Assembly: GCA_036521915.1 (NCBI GenBank)
Contig: DATDGU010000175.1
Coordinates: 1 to 63,532 of the forward strand
Direction of reading: 5' to 3'
DNA length: 63,532 bases
Source: Acidimicrobiia bacterium
GTDB taxonomy: Bacteria; Actinomycetota; Acidimicrobiia; IMCC26256; PALSA-555
How positions within the stretch are numbered: position 1 is the first letter of the stretch; each line of letters starts with the position of its first letter. A program made the translations under genes and the position numbers. Under the pieces are notes generated by a model. The model searched no databases. It saw nothing but the letters and a program-made list of their open reading frames with translations, and was not told where the DNA came from. Shown piece after piece: positions 1 to 9,382 of the stretch.

Positions 1-302
1 CGCTTGTCGTAGCGGTGCACCGGCAGGCCGCGGATCAGCGTGACGCCCAGCCCGTCGATCAGGTTCCGCTGGATCCCGGTGAGCTCCGCGCCGAGCGTCG
101 GCAGCGGGAAGTCGTCGCGGGTGATGTCGAGCACGTCGTCACCACGCGCCTCGGCAAAGCGCAGGGCCGCGTCGAGCTCGTCGATCTGGGCGTCGGTCAG
201 CTCGTACACGTAGCGGTCGCCGAGGTCGTCGCGGTGCCAGACGCAGGCCGGCTCGAGCGGGACGAAGGACGTCGGGTCGATGGACGCGTCGGTGGCGGTC
301 AT
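1..302 (-). CDS. TauD/TfdA-family Fe(II)/2-oxoglutarate dioxygenase, N-terminal fragment (continues beyond left edge)
   Basis: Not in ORF track (no stop inside window). Minus-strand translation from ATG 302-300 gives MTATDASIDPTSFVPLEPACVWHRDDLGDRYVYELTDAQIDELDAALRFAEARGDDVLDITRDDFPLPTLGAELTGIQRNLIDGLGVTLIRGLPV. It has strong GC3 bias and an N-terminal pattern typical of TauD/TfdA proteins. ATGA overlap with the upstream stop at 299-302. Confidence 0.55.
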   Translation of the reverse strand, partial: MTATDASIDPTSFVPLEPACVWHRDDLGDRYVYELTDAQIDELDAALRFAEARGDDVLDITRDDFPLPTLGAELTGIQRNLIDGLGVTLIRGLPVHRYDK

Positions 303-2023
303 GCGGACACCTCCGTGGTCGGGGCAGGGCGTGCGCCGCGGACGAGTCGGCCCGGGAGCGCCCCGGTCGCCTCGCCGTGCGCGTACGTGACCTGGCCGCC
401 CGCGACGGTGGCGACGTAGCCCTCGGCGGGCTGCACGAACCGTCGCCCGCCGGCGGGGAGGTCGTGGCGCACCTCGGGCCGCCGGGCGGCGAGATGCTCC
501 CAGTCGATGACGTTGAGGTCGGCCCGGTAGCCGGGGGCGAGCACGCCGCGGTCGGCGAGGCCGACGGCGCGGGCCGTCGCCGCCGTCTGGCGGTGCACCA
601 GGAACGGCAGCGGCAGGCGGCCGTGAGTGCGGTCGCGCCCCCAGAGCGTGAGCAGCGTCGTCGGGAAGCTGGCGTCACAGATGGTCCCGACGTGGGCGCC
701 GCCGTCGCCGAGCCCGACGACGGTGTGGTCGTCCGCCAGCATCTCGCCGGCGGCGTCGAGGTTGCCGTCGGCGTAGTTGAGGATCGGCCGGTAGAGCATG
801 GCGCGGCCGCCGTCCGCGACGAGGAGGTCGTAGGCGAGGTCGAGCGGCTCGCGGCCCTCCCGCGCCGCGTGCGCCGCGACGCTGTCCGACGCCTGGGGCT
901 CGTAGTTTGGCGTGTCCGCGACCAGGAACATCTGGTCGAACTCCTGCAGGACCTGCCCGGCGCCGCGGCGCGGCGACCGCTGCGCCTCGAGCACCTTCGT
1001 CTTGAACGCCGGGTCGGTCATCACGGTGACGCGCTCGTCGAGCGGGCGGGCGGCGATCTCGCGGTACACGGGGTTGGTGAGCAGCGGCGACAGCGTGCAC
1101 TCGAGGCCCAGCAGCAGCCCGACGGCGCGCGGCGCGACCTGCGCCCGCATCGTGACACCCGCCGCGTTCGCCTCGGCGAGCAGCTCGAGCTGGCGGCGCC
1201 ACACCTCGCCCCGAACCTGGAGCAGCGTGAACGACAACGGGCGCCCCGACACCTCCGCCATCCGGCGGAACAGCGCGAACTCGGCGTCGACGTCGGCGAA
1301 GTCCGACACCCCCTGCAGCACGCCGAGACCGCTCTTGCCGATCGCCGCGGCGATGCCCACGAGCTCGTCGGCCTCGGCGGTGAGCGTCGGCGTGAACTCG
1401 CCCCGGCTGCTCCGGTGGTTCATCGTCCGCGACGTCGTGAACCCGAGCGCGCCGGCCTCGACGGCCTCGCGGGCCCGCCACGCCATCTCGGCGATGTCAT
1501 CCTCCGTCGCGGGCTCCCGTCGCGCGCCGCGCTCACCCATCACGTGGAGGCGCAGCGCGGCGTGCGGCACCTGGAGGGCGACGTCCACGTCGAACGGCCG
1601 CGGCGCCACCGAGTCCATGAACTGGGGGAACGACCGCCAGCCCCAGGAGAGCCCCTCGTGGAGCGCGGTCCCGGGGATGTCCTCCACGCCCTCCATGAGC
1701 TCGATGAGCCGTTCGTGGTCGGCGTCACGCACCGGCGCGAACCCGACGCCGCAGTTGCCGGCGACGACCGTCGTCACGCCGTGCCACGACGACGGCAGCA
1801 TCCGCTCGTCCCACGACGCCTGCCCGTCGTAGTGGGTGTGGATGTCGACGAACCCCGGGGTGACGAGCAGCCCGTCGGCGTCGATGGTGCGGCGCGCTGT
1901 GCCGTCGACGGTGCCGACCGCGGCGATCGTCGCCCCGGCGATCGCGACGTCGGCGCGCCGGGCGGGCGCGCCCGTCCCGTCGATGACGTCGCCGCCCCGG
2001 ACGACCAGGTCGAAGTCCGTCAT
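299..2023 (-). CDS. N-acyl-D-amino-acid deacylase (D-aminoacylase) family amidohydrolase
   Basis: ORF 299..2413(-). Realistic start is ATG at 2023 (MTDFDLVVRGGDVIDGTG). Metal-binding VTPGFVDIHTHYD motif. The upstream part of the ORF is Arg/Pro-rich read-through. Confidence 0.85.
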   Translation of the reverse strand: MTDFDLVVRGGDVIDGTGAPARRADVAIAGATIAAVGTVDGTARRTIDADGLLVTPGFVDIHTHYDGQASWDERMLPSSWHGVTTVVAGNCGVGFAPVRDADHERLIELMEGVEDIPGTALHEGLSWGWRSFPQFMDSVAPRPFDVDVALQVPHAALRLHVMGERGARREPATEDDIAEMAWRAREAVEAGALGFTTSRTMNHRSSRGEFTPTLTAEADELVGIAAAIGKSGLGVLQGVSDFADVDAEFALFRRMAEVSGRPLSFTLLQVRGEVWRRQLELLAEANAAGVTMRAQVAPRAVGLLLGLECTLSPLLTNPVYREIAARPLDERVTVMTDPAFKTKVLEAQRSPRRGAGQVLQEFDQMFLVADTPNYEPQASDSVAAHAAREGREPLDLAYDLLVADGGRAMLYRPILNYADGNLDAAGEMLADDHTVVGLGDGGAHVGTICDASFPTTLLTLWGRDRTHGRLPLPFLVHRQTAATARAVGLADRGVLAPGYRADLNVIDWEHLAARRPEVRHDLPAGGRRFVQPAEGYVATVAGGQVTYAHGEATGALPGRLVRGARPAPTTEVSA

Positions 2024-3042
2024 GGTGTCTCCTCCCGTAGCGCTGGCAGGAGCTCGGCGGTGAGCAGGCGCGCCGCGGCGTGGGCTTGGGTGGGGTCGGC
2101 GCGAAAGCCGGGTCCCGTGATGACGAAGCGGGTCACCCCGAGCGCGGCGAGCTCCCGGAACCGCTCGACGCAGGTCTCGGGCGGTCCGAGGATCGCGAAG
2201 CGGTCGACGAAGGCGTCGTCGAGCGCCTGGGTGTGCGCGGCGTCGTTGCTCAGGTGCTGGTTGCTGTCGTAGCGGCGGCCGACCTCGGCGACGACGGACC
2301 GGTCGTGCTCGTCGAGTCCCGCACCCGTCGAGCCGGGCATCGCCGAGAAGTGCGCGAACGCCGCGACCGCGCCACCGACGAGGGTGCGCGCGACGGCCGG
2401 ATCGGGGTGGCATCCGACGGTGACGTACGCCCCGAACGAGATGGTGCTCGGATCACGTCCGATGTCGGCGGCGGTCTTGCGGGCGTGCTCGAGCGCCCAC
2501 GCGACCCGGTCGGGGTCGGCGCCGACGGCGAGCGTGACCCGCTCCGCGACGCGCACACCCAGGTCGATCATCCGGGGCCCCGACACGGCGACGTCCAAAG
2601 GGACCTTGGCCTCGTGGCAGCGATCCAGGAACTGGAGCCGGCTCGGACGACCCTCGCAGTCGAGCGTCTCCCGGGCGAGGTAGCCCTGGAGCTGCTGGAC
2701 GAGCACCTCGAATCGCCCCACGGGCATGGGCGGCAGACCAAGGTGGAAGAGCGCCGTGTCGCCCCGGCCGATCCCGAGCACGAAGCGCCCACCCGACGTC
2801 TCCTGGACGGTCGCGGCCACGTTGGCGAGCGCGGCCGGATGACGGGTGTGCGCGTTCGTGACGCCCGTCGCGAACCGGAGCCGCGTCGTGGCCTCGGCGG
2901 CGAGCGCCGTGGCGACGAACGGGTCGCCGACGAGGTTCTGTGAGTCGACGAAGGTGATGCCGTCCCAGCCGTCGTCCTCGGCCCGCTGGGCCTGCACCAC
3001 GGCGGTCCCGATCTCGGGGATCCGCATCCCCCACAGCTCCAT
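2020..3042 (-). CDS. LLM-class (luciferase-like) F420-dependent oxidoreductase
   Basis: ORF 2020..3090(-). Probable start is MELWGM (3042) or MRIPE (3027). Luciferase-like pattern (GWDGITFVDSQN, FVLGIGRGD). Stop overlaps the next gene start (2020-2023). Confidence 0.8.
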   Translation of the reverse strand: MELWGMRIPEIGTAVVQAQRAEDDGWDGITFVDSQNLVGDPFVATALAAEATTRLRFATGVTNAHTRHPAALANVAATVQETSGGRFVLGIGRGDTALFHLGLPPMPVGRFEVLVQQLQGYLARETLDCEGRPSRLQFLDRCHEAKVPLDVAVSGPRMIDLGVRVAERVTLAVGADPDRVAWALEHARKTAADIGRDPSTISFGAYVTVGCHPDPAVARTLVGGAVAAFAHFSAMPGSTGAGLDEHDRSVVAEVGRRYDSNQHLSNDAAHTQALDDAFVDRFAILGPPETCVERFRELAALGVTRFVITGPGFRADPTQAHAAARLLTAELLPALREETP

Positions 3043-3123
3043 CAGCCCCAACCCTAGGTTGAGGACCGCCCGGCGAGCACCGGGGCCCACGACCCGGCCT
3101 CTGGGACGAACCGCAGCACGTCG

Positions 3124-4068
3124 TCAGGTCACCCCCAGCGCGCGTCCCAGGACGCCCATGAGTTCCCCATGGGCCCGGCGCGACACCCCGGCGGCGATCA
3201 TCGCACCCGACCCGTGAAAGGTGCCGGGGAACGTGTGGAGCTCGACGGGCACGCCCGCCTCCATCATGCGCAGCGCATAGATGATCCCCTCGTCGCGCAG
3301 CGGGTCGAACTCCATAGCGGTCACGTAGGCCGGCGGGAGTCTTCCCAGGTCCTCGGCGATCGCCGGCGAGGCGTACGGCGAGACCTCACCCGGATCGGGG
3401 CCGAGGTAGAAGCGCCAGCTCCGCTCGGCGTTCGGCCGGTTCCACATCGGTGTCTCGACGAACGTCCGCATGCTCGTCGTCTCGAGGCGATGGTCGAGCT
3501 CCGGGATGCCGAGGAACTGGAAGCACAGCGGCGGACCGCCCCGGTCGCGGGCCAGCAGCGCGACCGCGGCCGACAGCCCGCCGCCCGCGCTCTGGCCGCC
3601 GACGGCGATGCGGTCGGTGTCGATCCCCAGATTCGACGCCTCGTCGTGCAGCCAGCGGAGCGCCGCGTAGCAGTCCTCGACACCCGCGGGGAAGGCGTGC
3701 TCGGGCGCCAGGCGGTACTCGACCGCGGCCACGACCGCATCGAGCTCACGAGCGACCCGGGTGGCGATGGCGTGCTCCATGGTGATGTCACCCAGAACGA
3801 AGCCGCCGCCGTGGATGTCGAGCAGCGCCGGCCGGCCCTCGGCCGGGCCCGGCCCGTTGGCGCGGTAGACGCGCACGAGCACGGGCGGGGCACCGTCGTG
3901 ACCTGGGACGTGGTGGTCGACGATGGTGACCCCGTCGGTGTCGACGTCGGCGTTGAGCGGCTCCAGCATCGTGGCCAGCCCGGCGCGTGCCGTGGCCAGG
4001 TCGCTGATGTCGGTCTTCGGGATCAGCTCGACGAACGGGGCGAGGTCGCGATCGAACGCGTACGGCAT
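3124..4068 (-). CDS. alpha/beta hydrolase, HSL-type esterase/lipase
   Basis: ORF 3124..4152(-), start MPYAFDRD at 4068. HGGGF oxyanion motif and GGQSAGG nucleophile elbow. Confidence 0.85.
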   Translation of the reverse strand: MPYAFDRDLAPFVELIPKTDISDLATARAGLATMLEPLNADVDTDGVTIVDHHVPGHDGAPPVLVRVYRANGPGPAEGRPALLDIHGGGFVLGDITMEHAIATRVARELDAVVAAVEYRLAPEHAFPAGVEDCYAALRWLHDEASNLGIDTDRIAVGGQSAGGGLSAAVALLARDRGGPPLCFQFLGIPELDHRLETTSMRTFVETPMWNRPNAERSWRFYLGPDPGEVSPYASPAIAEDLGRLPPAYVTAMEFDPLRDEGIIYALRMMEAGVPVELHTFPGTFHGSGAMIAAGVSRRAHGELMGVLGRALGVT

Positions 4069-4794
4069 GGGCGCACTCCCTCTCGAGTTGCCGCACCGTA
4101 GCCAGGGATAGCCTGCCCGCTCGGTCACCGGGCTCTTCACCGGCTGACCCACTGCCCCGCGAGGCCGCGCCGGCGCGGGCTCAGTGCGTCGGACACGTCG
4201 TGGTGCGACCGGAATGCGCGGATCCTCGCGACCGCGGGCGTCCGGCGCGGACAGGTTGTCGCCACGTTGCGTTCAGGCGCTGGCGTCGTGCCCTTCACGT
4301 CCGCGAGACGGGCCCGCAATGCGACGGCGGTAATTCTTCCCTCATGATCAAAAGCATCCGTCGGTTCGGAGCCCGCCCGGTCGCATTGTGTGACCGGCCC
4401 GTCGATCAGGTTCGCCGAGCGGGCCGCGGTCCTCCGGCGAGGGCGAGGTGAAGGTCGCGCCGGAGCGGTCCGACGTCCTGGCCTTCCGGCGCGCACCCGC
4501 CGCGTAACCTTGGGCGTGCCGAGCGCCCAAGCCGCGCGCGAGCACAGGCCGGTCGGTCGCTCCGTGACCCGTCGGGAGCCTTCCTTCGGGCCCCCCGAGC
4601 CGAACACCGTCCCGAACCCCAAGCACCTGGTGTGTAGGAGCACGGGGTGCGTCACCGCCGTTCCTCACCCATGCGGCGCCGTGCGTCCGGCTGGCGACCC
4701 GGAGGGCAGGCGAACGGTCGACGCCATCGACCGCCGGGCAAGGGGCATCGGAAGCCGTCAGTAGGATCGGCGGCTCGCGCTCGGGGGAGGTTGC

Positions 4795-5826
4795 GTGAAA
4801 GCCGTGCGAGTCGTGCGCCACGGCGCACCGAGTGAGGCGCTCGAGATCGAGGACATCCCGGTGCCGGACGTCGGGCCGGGCGAAGTGCGCATCGCGGTGC
4901 GCGCCGCGTCGCTGAACTTCGGGGACATCGCACGGTGCCGAGGGACGGTCGCCAGCGTGATGGGCCAGGTGCCGTTCACTCTCGGCATGGACGTGTGCGG
5001 CGTCGTGGACGCGGCCGGCGAGGGGGCCGAGCAGTGGCTCGGTCGCCGCGTGGTGGCGATGACGAACCAGTCGTTCGGTGGCATCGCCGAGGCCGCCCTC
5101 TCCACGCTCACGAGCGTGTTCGACGCGCCGCCCGAGCTCGACGACGTCGAAGCCGCGGCGTTCACGCTGCCGTTCCACACGAGCTACCTCGCCCTCCATC
5201 GGCGTGCCCGGCTGGAGCGGGGCGAGACGCTCCTCGTGGTCGGCGGTGCCAGCGCCGTCGGCACGGCCATGATCCAGCTCGGCGTGGTCGCCGGCGCGGA
5301 CGTCATCGCCGTCGCCGGCGGCCCCGAGAAGGGCGCGCTCTGCGCGCGGCTCGGCGCAACGCCGCTCGACTACACGAGCGACGACGTCTTCGACCGGGTG
5401 ATGGAGCTCACCGATGGCCGAGGCGCCGACGTCGTCGTCGACCTCGTCGGCGGCGAGCGGACCGAGACGACGTGGACGTGCGTCCGGCGCGAGGGCCGCT
5501 ACGTGCCCGTCGGCTTCAACGACGACCCCGAATCCGGGCTCACCGGGCGGCCGCTCCGGAAGGTCGCGATGGGCAACTTCTCCGTCCTCGGTGTGATGCT
5601 CGGCTACACGGAGATGCCGCTCCCGCTCCGCAAGTTCGGCATCAACACCTTCGCACCCGAGGTCGGCCAGGAGGTCCACCAGGCGCTGCTCGCGCTCGTC
5701 GCGGCCGGCTCGATCCGGCCGGTCATCGGCCGGCGGATCTCGATGGCCGAGGTCGCCGGCGTCCTTACCGACCACGAGGAGCGCCGCACCTCCGGCCGCA
5801 CGGTCGTCGACGTGACCCGCGGCTGA
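4795..5826 (+). CDS. NADPH:quinone oxidoreductase / zinc-type MDR family oxidoreductase
   Basis: MKAVRVVRHGAPSEALEIEDIPVPDVGPGEVRIAV N-terminus (GroES-like fold) and a LVVGGASAVG Rossmann motif. GTG start. Confidence 0.85.
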   Translation: MKAVRVVRHGAPSEALEIEDIPVPDVGPGEVRIAVRAASLNFGDIARCRGTVASVMGQVPFTLGMDVCGVVDAAGEGAEQWLGRRVVAMTNQSFGGIAEAALSTLTSVFDAPPELDDVEAAAFTLPFHTSYLALHRRARLERGETLLVVGGASAVGTAMIQLGVVAGADVIAVAGGPEKGALCARLGATPLDYTSDDVFDRVMELTDGRGADVVVDLVGGERTETTWTCVRREGRYVPVGFNDDPESGLTGRPLRKVAMGNFSVLGVMLGYTEMPLPLRKFGINTFAPEVGQEVHQALLALVAAGSIRPVIGRRISMAEVAGVLTDHEERRTSGRTVVDVTRG

Positions 5827-5833
5827 GCTGCCC

Positions 5834-7006
5834 GTGCCCGACCTCGCGCCCGACGACCTCCTCGCCGAGGCGAGCGCCCAGACGGGCCTCGACGACTTCG
5901 GACCGCCGGAATTCCGGGAGGGGCTCGGCGTCCTGTGCGCGTCGATCGCCGACGAGGCCGAGCTGAGCGAGCTCGGCGTCGCGGCCGTGAGCGGGACGAT
6001 CGGGAGCAGCCTCGCCAACCGCCTGCGCGTCGTCGACTGGATCCGACAGCACTCCAGCGTCGGCGACGAGGCCGTCGACGCGCCGCTGGTCGTGATCGGC
6101 ATGTTCCGCGCCGGCACGACGTTCCTCAGCGAGCTGCTCGACCAGGACCCGCGCAATCGCGCGCTGCTGCGATGGGAGGCGAGTGACAGCGCGCCGCCGC
6201 CGGCACCCGAGACGTTCCGCGCCGGGCCGCGTGTCGAGGCCGCCCGGATGAGCGGCGAGCTGCTCGAGCAGATCAACCCGCGCATGGGCGCCATCCACCA
6301 CGAGGACGCCGCCGGACCGACCGAGTGCATCGCCGTCATGAGCCAGGACTTCAAGAGCCTCTCGTGGGAGGCGATCACCAACGTCCCGTCGTACAGCCGC
6401 TGGCTTCTCGACGTCGACCAGCGCTCGGCGTACGAGTACCACCGGTCCGTGCTGCAAGTGCTCCAGAGCGGCGGCGTCCGCGGCCGCTGGACCCTGAAGA
6501 GCCCGCACCACGCGATCGCGCTCGACGCCCTGACCCGGACATACCCCGACGCCCGGCTCGTGCTCCTCCACCGCGACCCCGTCGCGCTCTGCGCGTCCGT
6601 CTGCAGCCTGATCTCGACCCTGTCGGGCACCTTCACCGACGCTGACCACACGGCGTACATCGCCGAACACTGGCCGGCGATGCTCGAGGAGTCCGTCCGG
6701 CGCATCGACACGTTCCGCGCCCAACCGTCGGCGCCGCCCATCGTCGACGTCCAATACACCGAGCTGGTGCGCGACCCGGTGACGACCGTCGAGCGCCTCT
6801 ACGCCGCGGTCGGCGACACACTCGACGATCCGGCCCGCGCCGCCATCAGCCAGTACGCAGCTGCCCACCCGAAGGGCGTCCGAGGGACGCACGAGTACGA
6901 CCTGGCCGAGTTCGGGCTCCGAGCCGGCGAGCTGCGGGAGCGGTTCGCCGGCTACACCGAGCGCTACGGGGTCGCACCCGAGACGAGCGGGGTCACGACG
7001 CCGTAG
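5834..7006 (+). CDS. sulfotransferase family protein
   Basis: 390-aa ORF. PAPS 5-prime-phosphosulfate loop-like GMFRAGTTFLSELL. Overall resembles actinobacterial Stf-type sulfotransferases. Confidence 0.75.
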   Translation: MPDLAPDDLLAEASAQTGLDDFGPPEFREGLGVLCASIADEAELSELGVAAVSGTIGSSLANRLRVVDWIRQHSSVGDEAVDAPLVVIGMFRAGTTFLSELLDQDPRNRALLRWEASDSAPPPAPETFRAGPRVEAARMSGELLEQINPRMGAIHHEDAAGPTECIAVMSQDFKSLSWEAITNVPSYSRWLLDVDQRSAYEYHRSVLQVLQSGGVRGRWTLKSPHHAIALDALTRTYPDARLVLLHRDPVALCASVCSLISTLSGTFTDADHTAYIAEHWPAMLEESVRRIDTFRAQPSAPPIVDVQYTELVRDPVTTVERLYAAVGDTLDDPARAAISQYAAAHPKGVRGTHEYDLAEFGLRAGELRERFAGYTERYGVAPETSGVTTP

Positions 7007-7142
7007 CGCCTGACCGCGAGGTGGCGTCCCCGGTCGGCGACGCCGCGTAGGATTCCGGCTGGCGTGATGAACCCGCTATCGCCCGCCAGGGTCGTCGTCA
7101 TCGTCGACGCGCCCGCGGGCGACGACGAGAAGACCCTTCACG

Positions 7143-8207
7143 GTGTGGCGCGTGGCGATGACTCGCCTGTCGTGTGCGACCAGGACAGACTCGGGCGGCG
7201 TGGCACGACGAGTGGGAGCGCCGACGCTCCGGCGCCGGAAGGGTGGCTCCGTCGCGCTGCCGGGCATCTGGCTGGTTTGGCTGACCCTCGGCCTCCTGGT
7301 CGTCGTCTACGCCAGCCACGAGGCGTTCGGGTTCGCCCGCTCGGTCGACGACGAGTTCTTCCGGCAGGGTCTCAACGACGTCCTGCTCTGGTCCGCCGCC
7401 GCCGCGTGCTTCGCCGGCGCCCGGCGGTCGACGCGGAGCCGGACGGCGTGGCTGCTGGTGTCGGCCGGTCTCGCCAGCTGGGCGGTCGGCGACACGATCT
7501 GGAGCATCCGCTTCGGCGGTGCCGCACAAGGCCCACTCACGAGCGTGTCCGACGTGTTCTGGCTCGCCTGGTACCCGCTCATGCTCGCCGCGCTCGTGCT
7601 TCTCGTACGCGACCGCGTCCCGGCCTTCGAACTGCACCGATGGATCGACGGCGTCGTCGTCATGCTCGTCGTCGCGACGCCCTGGGTGGCGCTGTTTCTC
7701 GAGCCGGTCGCGGCGCACGCCGGCACCTCGGCGCTCGCGGACGCGGTGGATTTCGCCTACCCGCTGGGCGACGCGATCATCGTCGGTGCGACGCTCGGCG
7801 CGTTCGCCCTCATGGGATGGCGGCCCGGTCGCATGTGGTGCACCCTCGCCCTCGGACTCGTCGCGGTCGGGGTCGCCGACGCCGTCTACTCCGTCGAGGC
7901 CCTGCAGCACACCTACCGCGGCGGGCTCTTCGACGCGGCGTGGGCCGGCGGCGCGGTCCTGATCGCGTACGCCGCCTGGATGCCGCATCCGGGTCAGGTC
8001 CGGCTGGCGAAGGTCACCGGCTGGCCCGCAGTCGCGCTGCCGCTCTTGGCGCAGGCGTTCGCGATCGCGCTGCAGATCTACGGGATCTTCCACTCGATCC
8101 CGACGATCGAGCGCGCGCTGACGATCGTCGTGCTGCTCATCGCGATGTTGCAGATCGCGATCACCAGGCCGGCCGTCGAACCGGACGCAACGGCTCCGTC
8201 ACCGTGA
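7143..8207 (+). CDS. hypothetical polytopic integral membrane protein
   Basis: At least 8 hydrophobic segments (LVWLTLGLLVVVYA, LLWSAAAACFAG, WLLVSAGLASWAVG and others). No catalytic motif recognised. Start uncertain (first about 35 aa may be non-coding). Confidence 0.6.
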   Translation: MWRVAMTRLSCATRTDSGGVARRVGAPTLRRRKGGSVALPGIWLVWLTLGLLVVVYASHEAFGFARSVDDEFFRQGLNDVLLWSAAAACFAGARRSTRSRTAWLLVSAGLASWAVGDTIWSIRFGGAAQGPLTSVSDVFWLAWYPLMLAALVLLVRDRVPAFELHRWIDGVVVMLVVATPWVALFLEPVAAHAGTSALADAVDFAYPLGDAIIVGATLGAFALMGWRPGRMWCTLALGLVAVGVADAVYSVEALQHTYRGGLFDAAWAGGAVLIAYAAWMPHPGQVRLAKVTGWPAVALPLLAQAFAIALQIYGIFHSIPTIERALTIVVLLIAMLQIAITRPAVEPDATAPSP

Positions 8208-8261
8208 TCGGGACCGCCACGCTGAGGCTGACGAGCGCGCCGCGCCCGAGGCGTCGCCGGC

Positions 8262-9113
8262 CTACACGGGGACGCCCGCCCGGAGCACCGCGAACTGGCG
8301 AGCGGGATCGTCGCAGGCCGCGGAGCCCGCCGGCGGGTCGCCGTGCTGCCAGTCGCCCTCGAGGCGGCGGACCCCCACGGGCGCGTACTGGACGATGTAG
8401 GCCTTGCGCGCCGCGTCGGTGAGGTTGGGGCCGGTGAGGTGTGGCGTCAGGGATGAGAATACGACCGCGCCGCCCGCGGGGAGCTCCGTCGGCACGGCGC
8501 CGTCGGGTTCTTCGGCGAAGCACTCCCAGCCGATGGGGTCGACCCAATGGTGCAGCAGCGTGCCGGCGCGGTGGACGTGGGCCAGGACCCAGGGGCAGCC
8601 GTTCTCGAGCGTGGTGTCCGTGAGCGCGATCCAGCACGTCAGGTACTGCTGGGGCTCGACGAACACGTAGCCGTTGTCCTGGTGCCACGGGAAGCGTCGC
8701 GGCTTCTCGGGCTTCTTGTAGACCGCCTGGTCCCAGTACAGGTTCACGTCCGGCCCGACCAGGTCGTGACACAGGCCAACGAGCGCGGGATGGCTCGCGA
8801 GCTCGTGTGCCGCGGGCGAGCGCAGCACGGCGTGCACGGTGAACGTGATCGCGCCGGCCTCGGCGATGTAGATCCGCCCTTCGGACTGTGTCGCGAGGAG
8901 TTGATCCATCTCGGCCTCGAGCTCGTCGAGCTCGCCGACGAGCGTCGAGACGGTGGGCCGATCGAGGAGCGTCGGCAGCACGACGAACCCGTCGGTGTCG
9001 AACGCGGCCCGCTCGGCCGGGCTGAGGACGGTCGGCGCGACCGTCGGCAGCGCCCACTCGAACGCCCGGTTCCAGGGATGGCGGGTGGCCCCCGGCGGCA
9101 GCACCGTCGTCAC
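8262..9113 (-). CDS. phytanoyl-CoA dioxygenase (PhyH) family protein
   Basis: 283 aa. DGFVVLPTLL N-terminal motif and WHQDNGY iron-binding HxD region. GTG start. Confidence 0.8.
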   Translation of the reverse strand: MTTVLPPGATRHPWNRAFEWALPTVAPTVLSPAERAAFDTDGFVVLPTLLDRPTVSTLVGELDELEAEMDQLLATQSEGRIYIAEAGAITFTVHAVLRSPAAHELASHPALVGLCHDLVGPDVNLYWDQAVYKKPEKPRRFPWHQDNGYVFVEPQQYLTCWIALTDTTLENGCPWVLAHVHRAGTLLHHWVDPIGWECFAEEPDGAVPTELPAGGAVVFSSLTPHLTGPNLTDAARKAYIVQYAPVGVRRLEGDWQHGDPPAGSAACDDPARQFAVLRAGVPV

Positions 9114-9382
9114 CTCACGGACTCTAGGAGTCGGGATCGATCTGAGTAGGCGCTACTCATGGCGCCGGACCGGGGCCCACGCAGACTGGGCTCGTACGAC
9201 GGGCGAACGGAGCGGGCAGCCGTGGTGAAGTTCGGGAAGCGATCGACGCCCACGGGAGAGTGGACCGCGGTCCCCGCCGAGATCCGCGACGTCAAGTACG
9301 GGTTGGTGCACACCACCGACTCGGGCGTCGGCGGGATGTACGAGAGCCATTCGTCCACCAAGAAGCTGGGGCGCCAAACGAG

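Noticed and set aside
4348-6759. 803-aa ORF on the minus strand
   Set aside because: It is antisense to two well-supported genes (oxidoreductase, sulfotransferase). The translation is Arg/Ala/Gly/Pro-rich low complexity, a typical high-GC shadow frame. The same applies to 377..2272(+), 7064..8422(+), 29328..30599(+), 31720..33213(-), 33023..34072(-), 34444..35550(-), 49570..50868(-) and 57592..58728(+).
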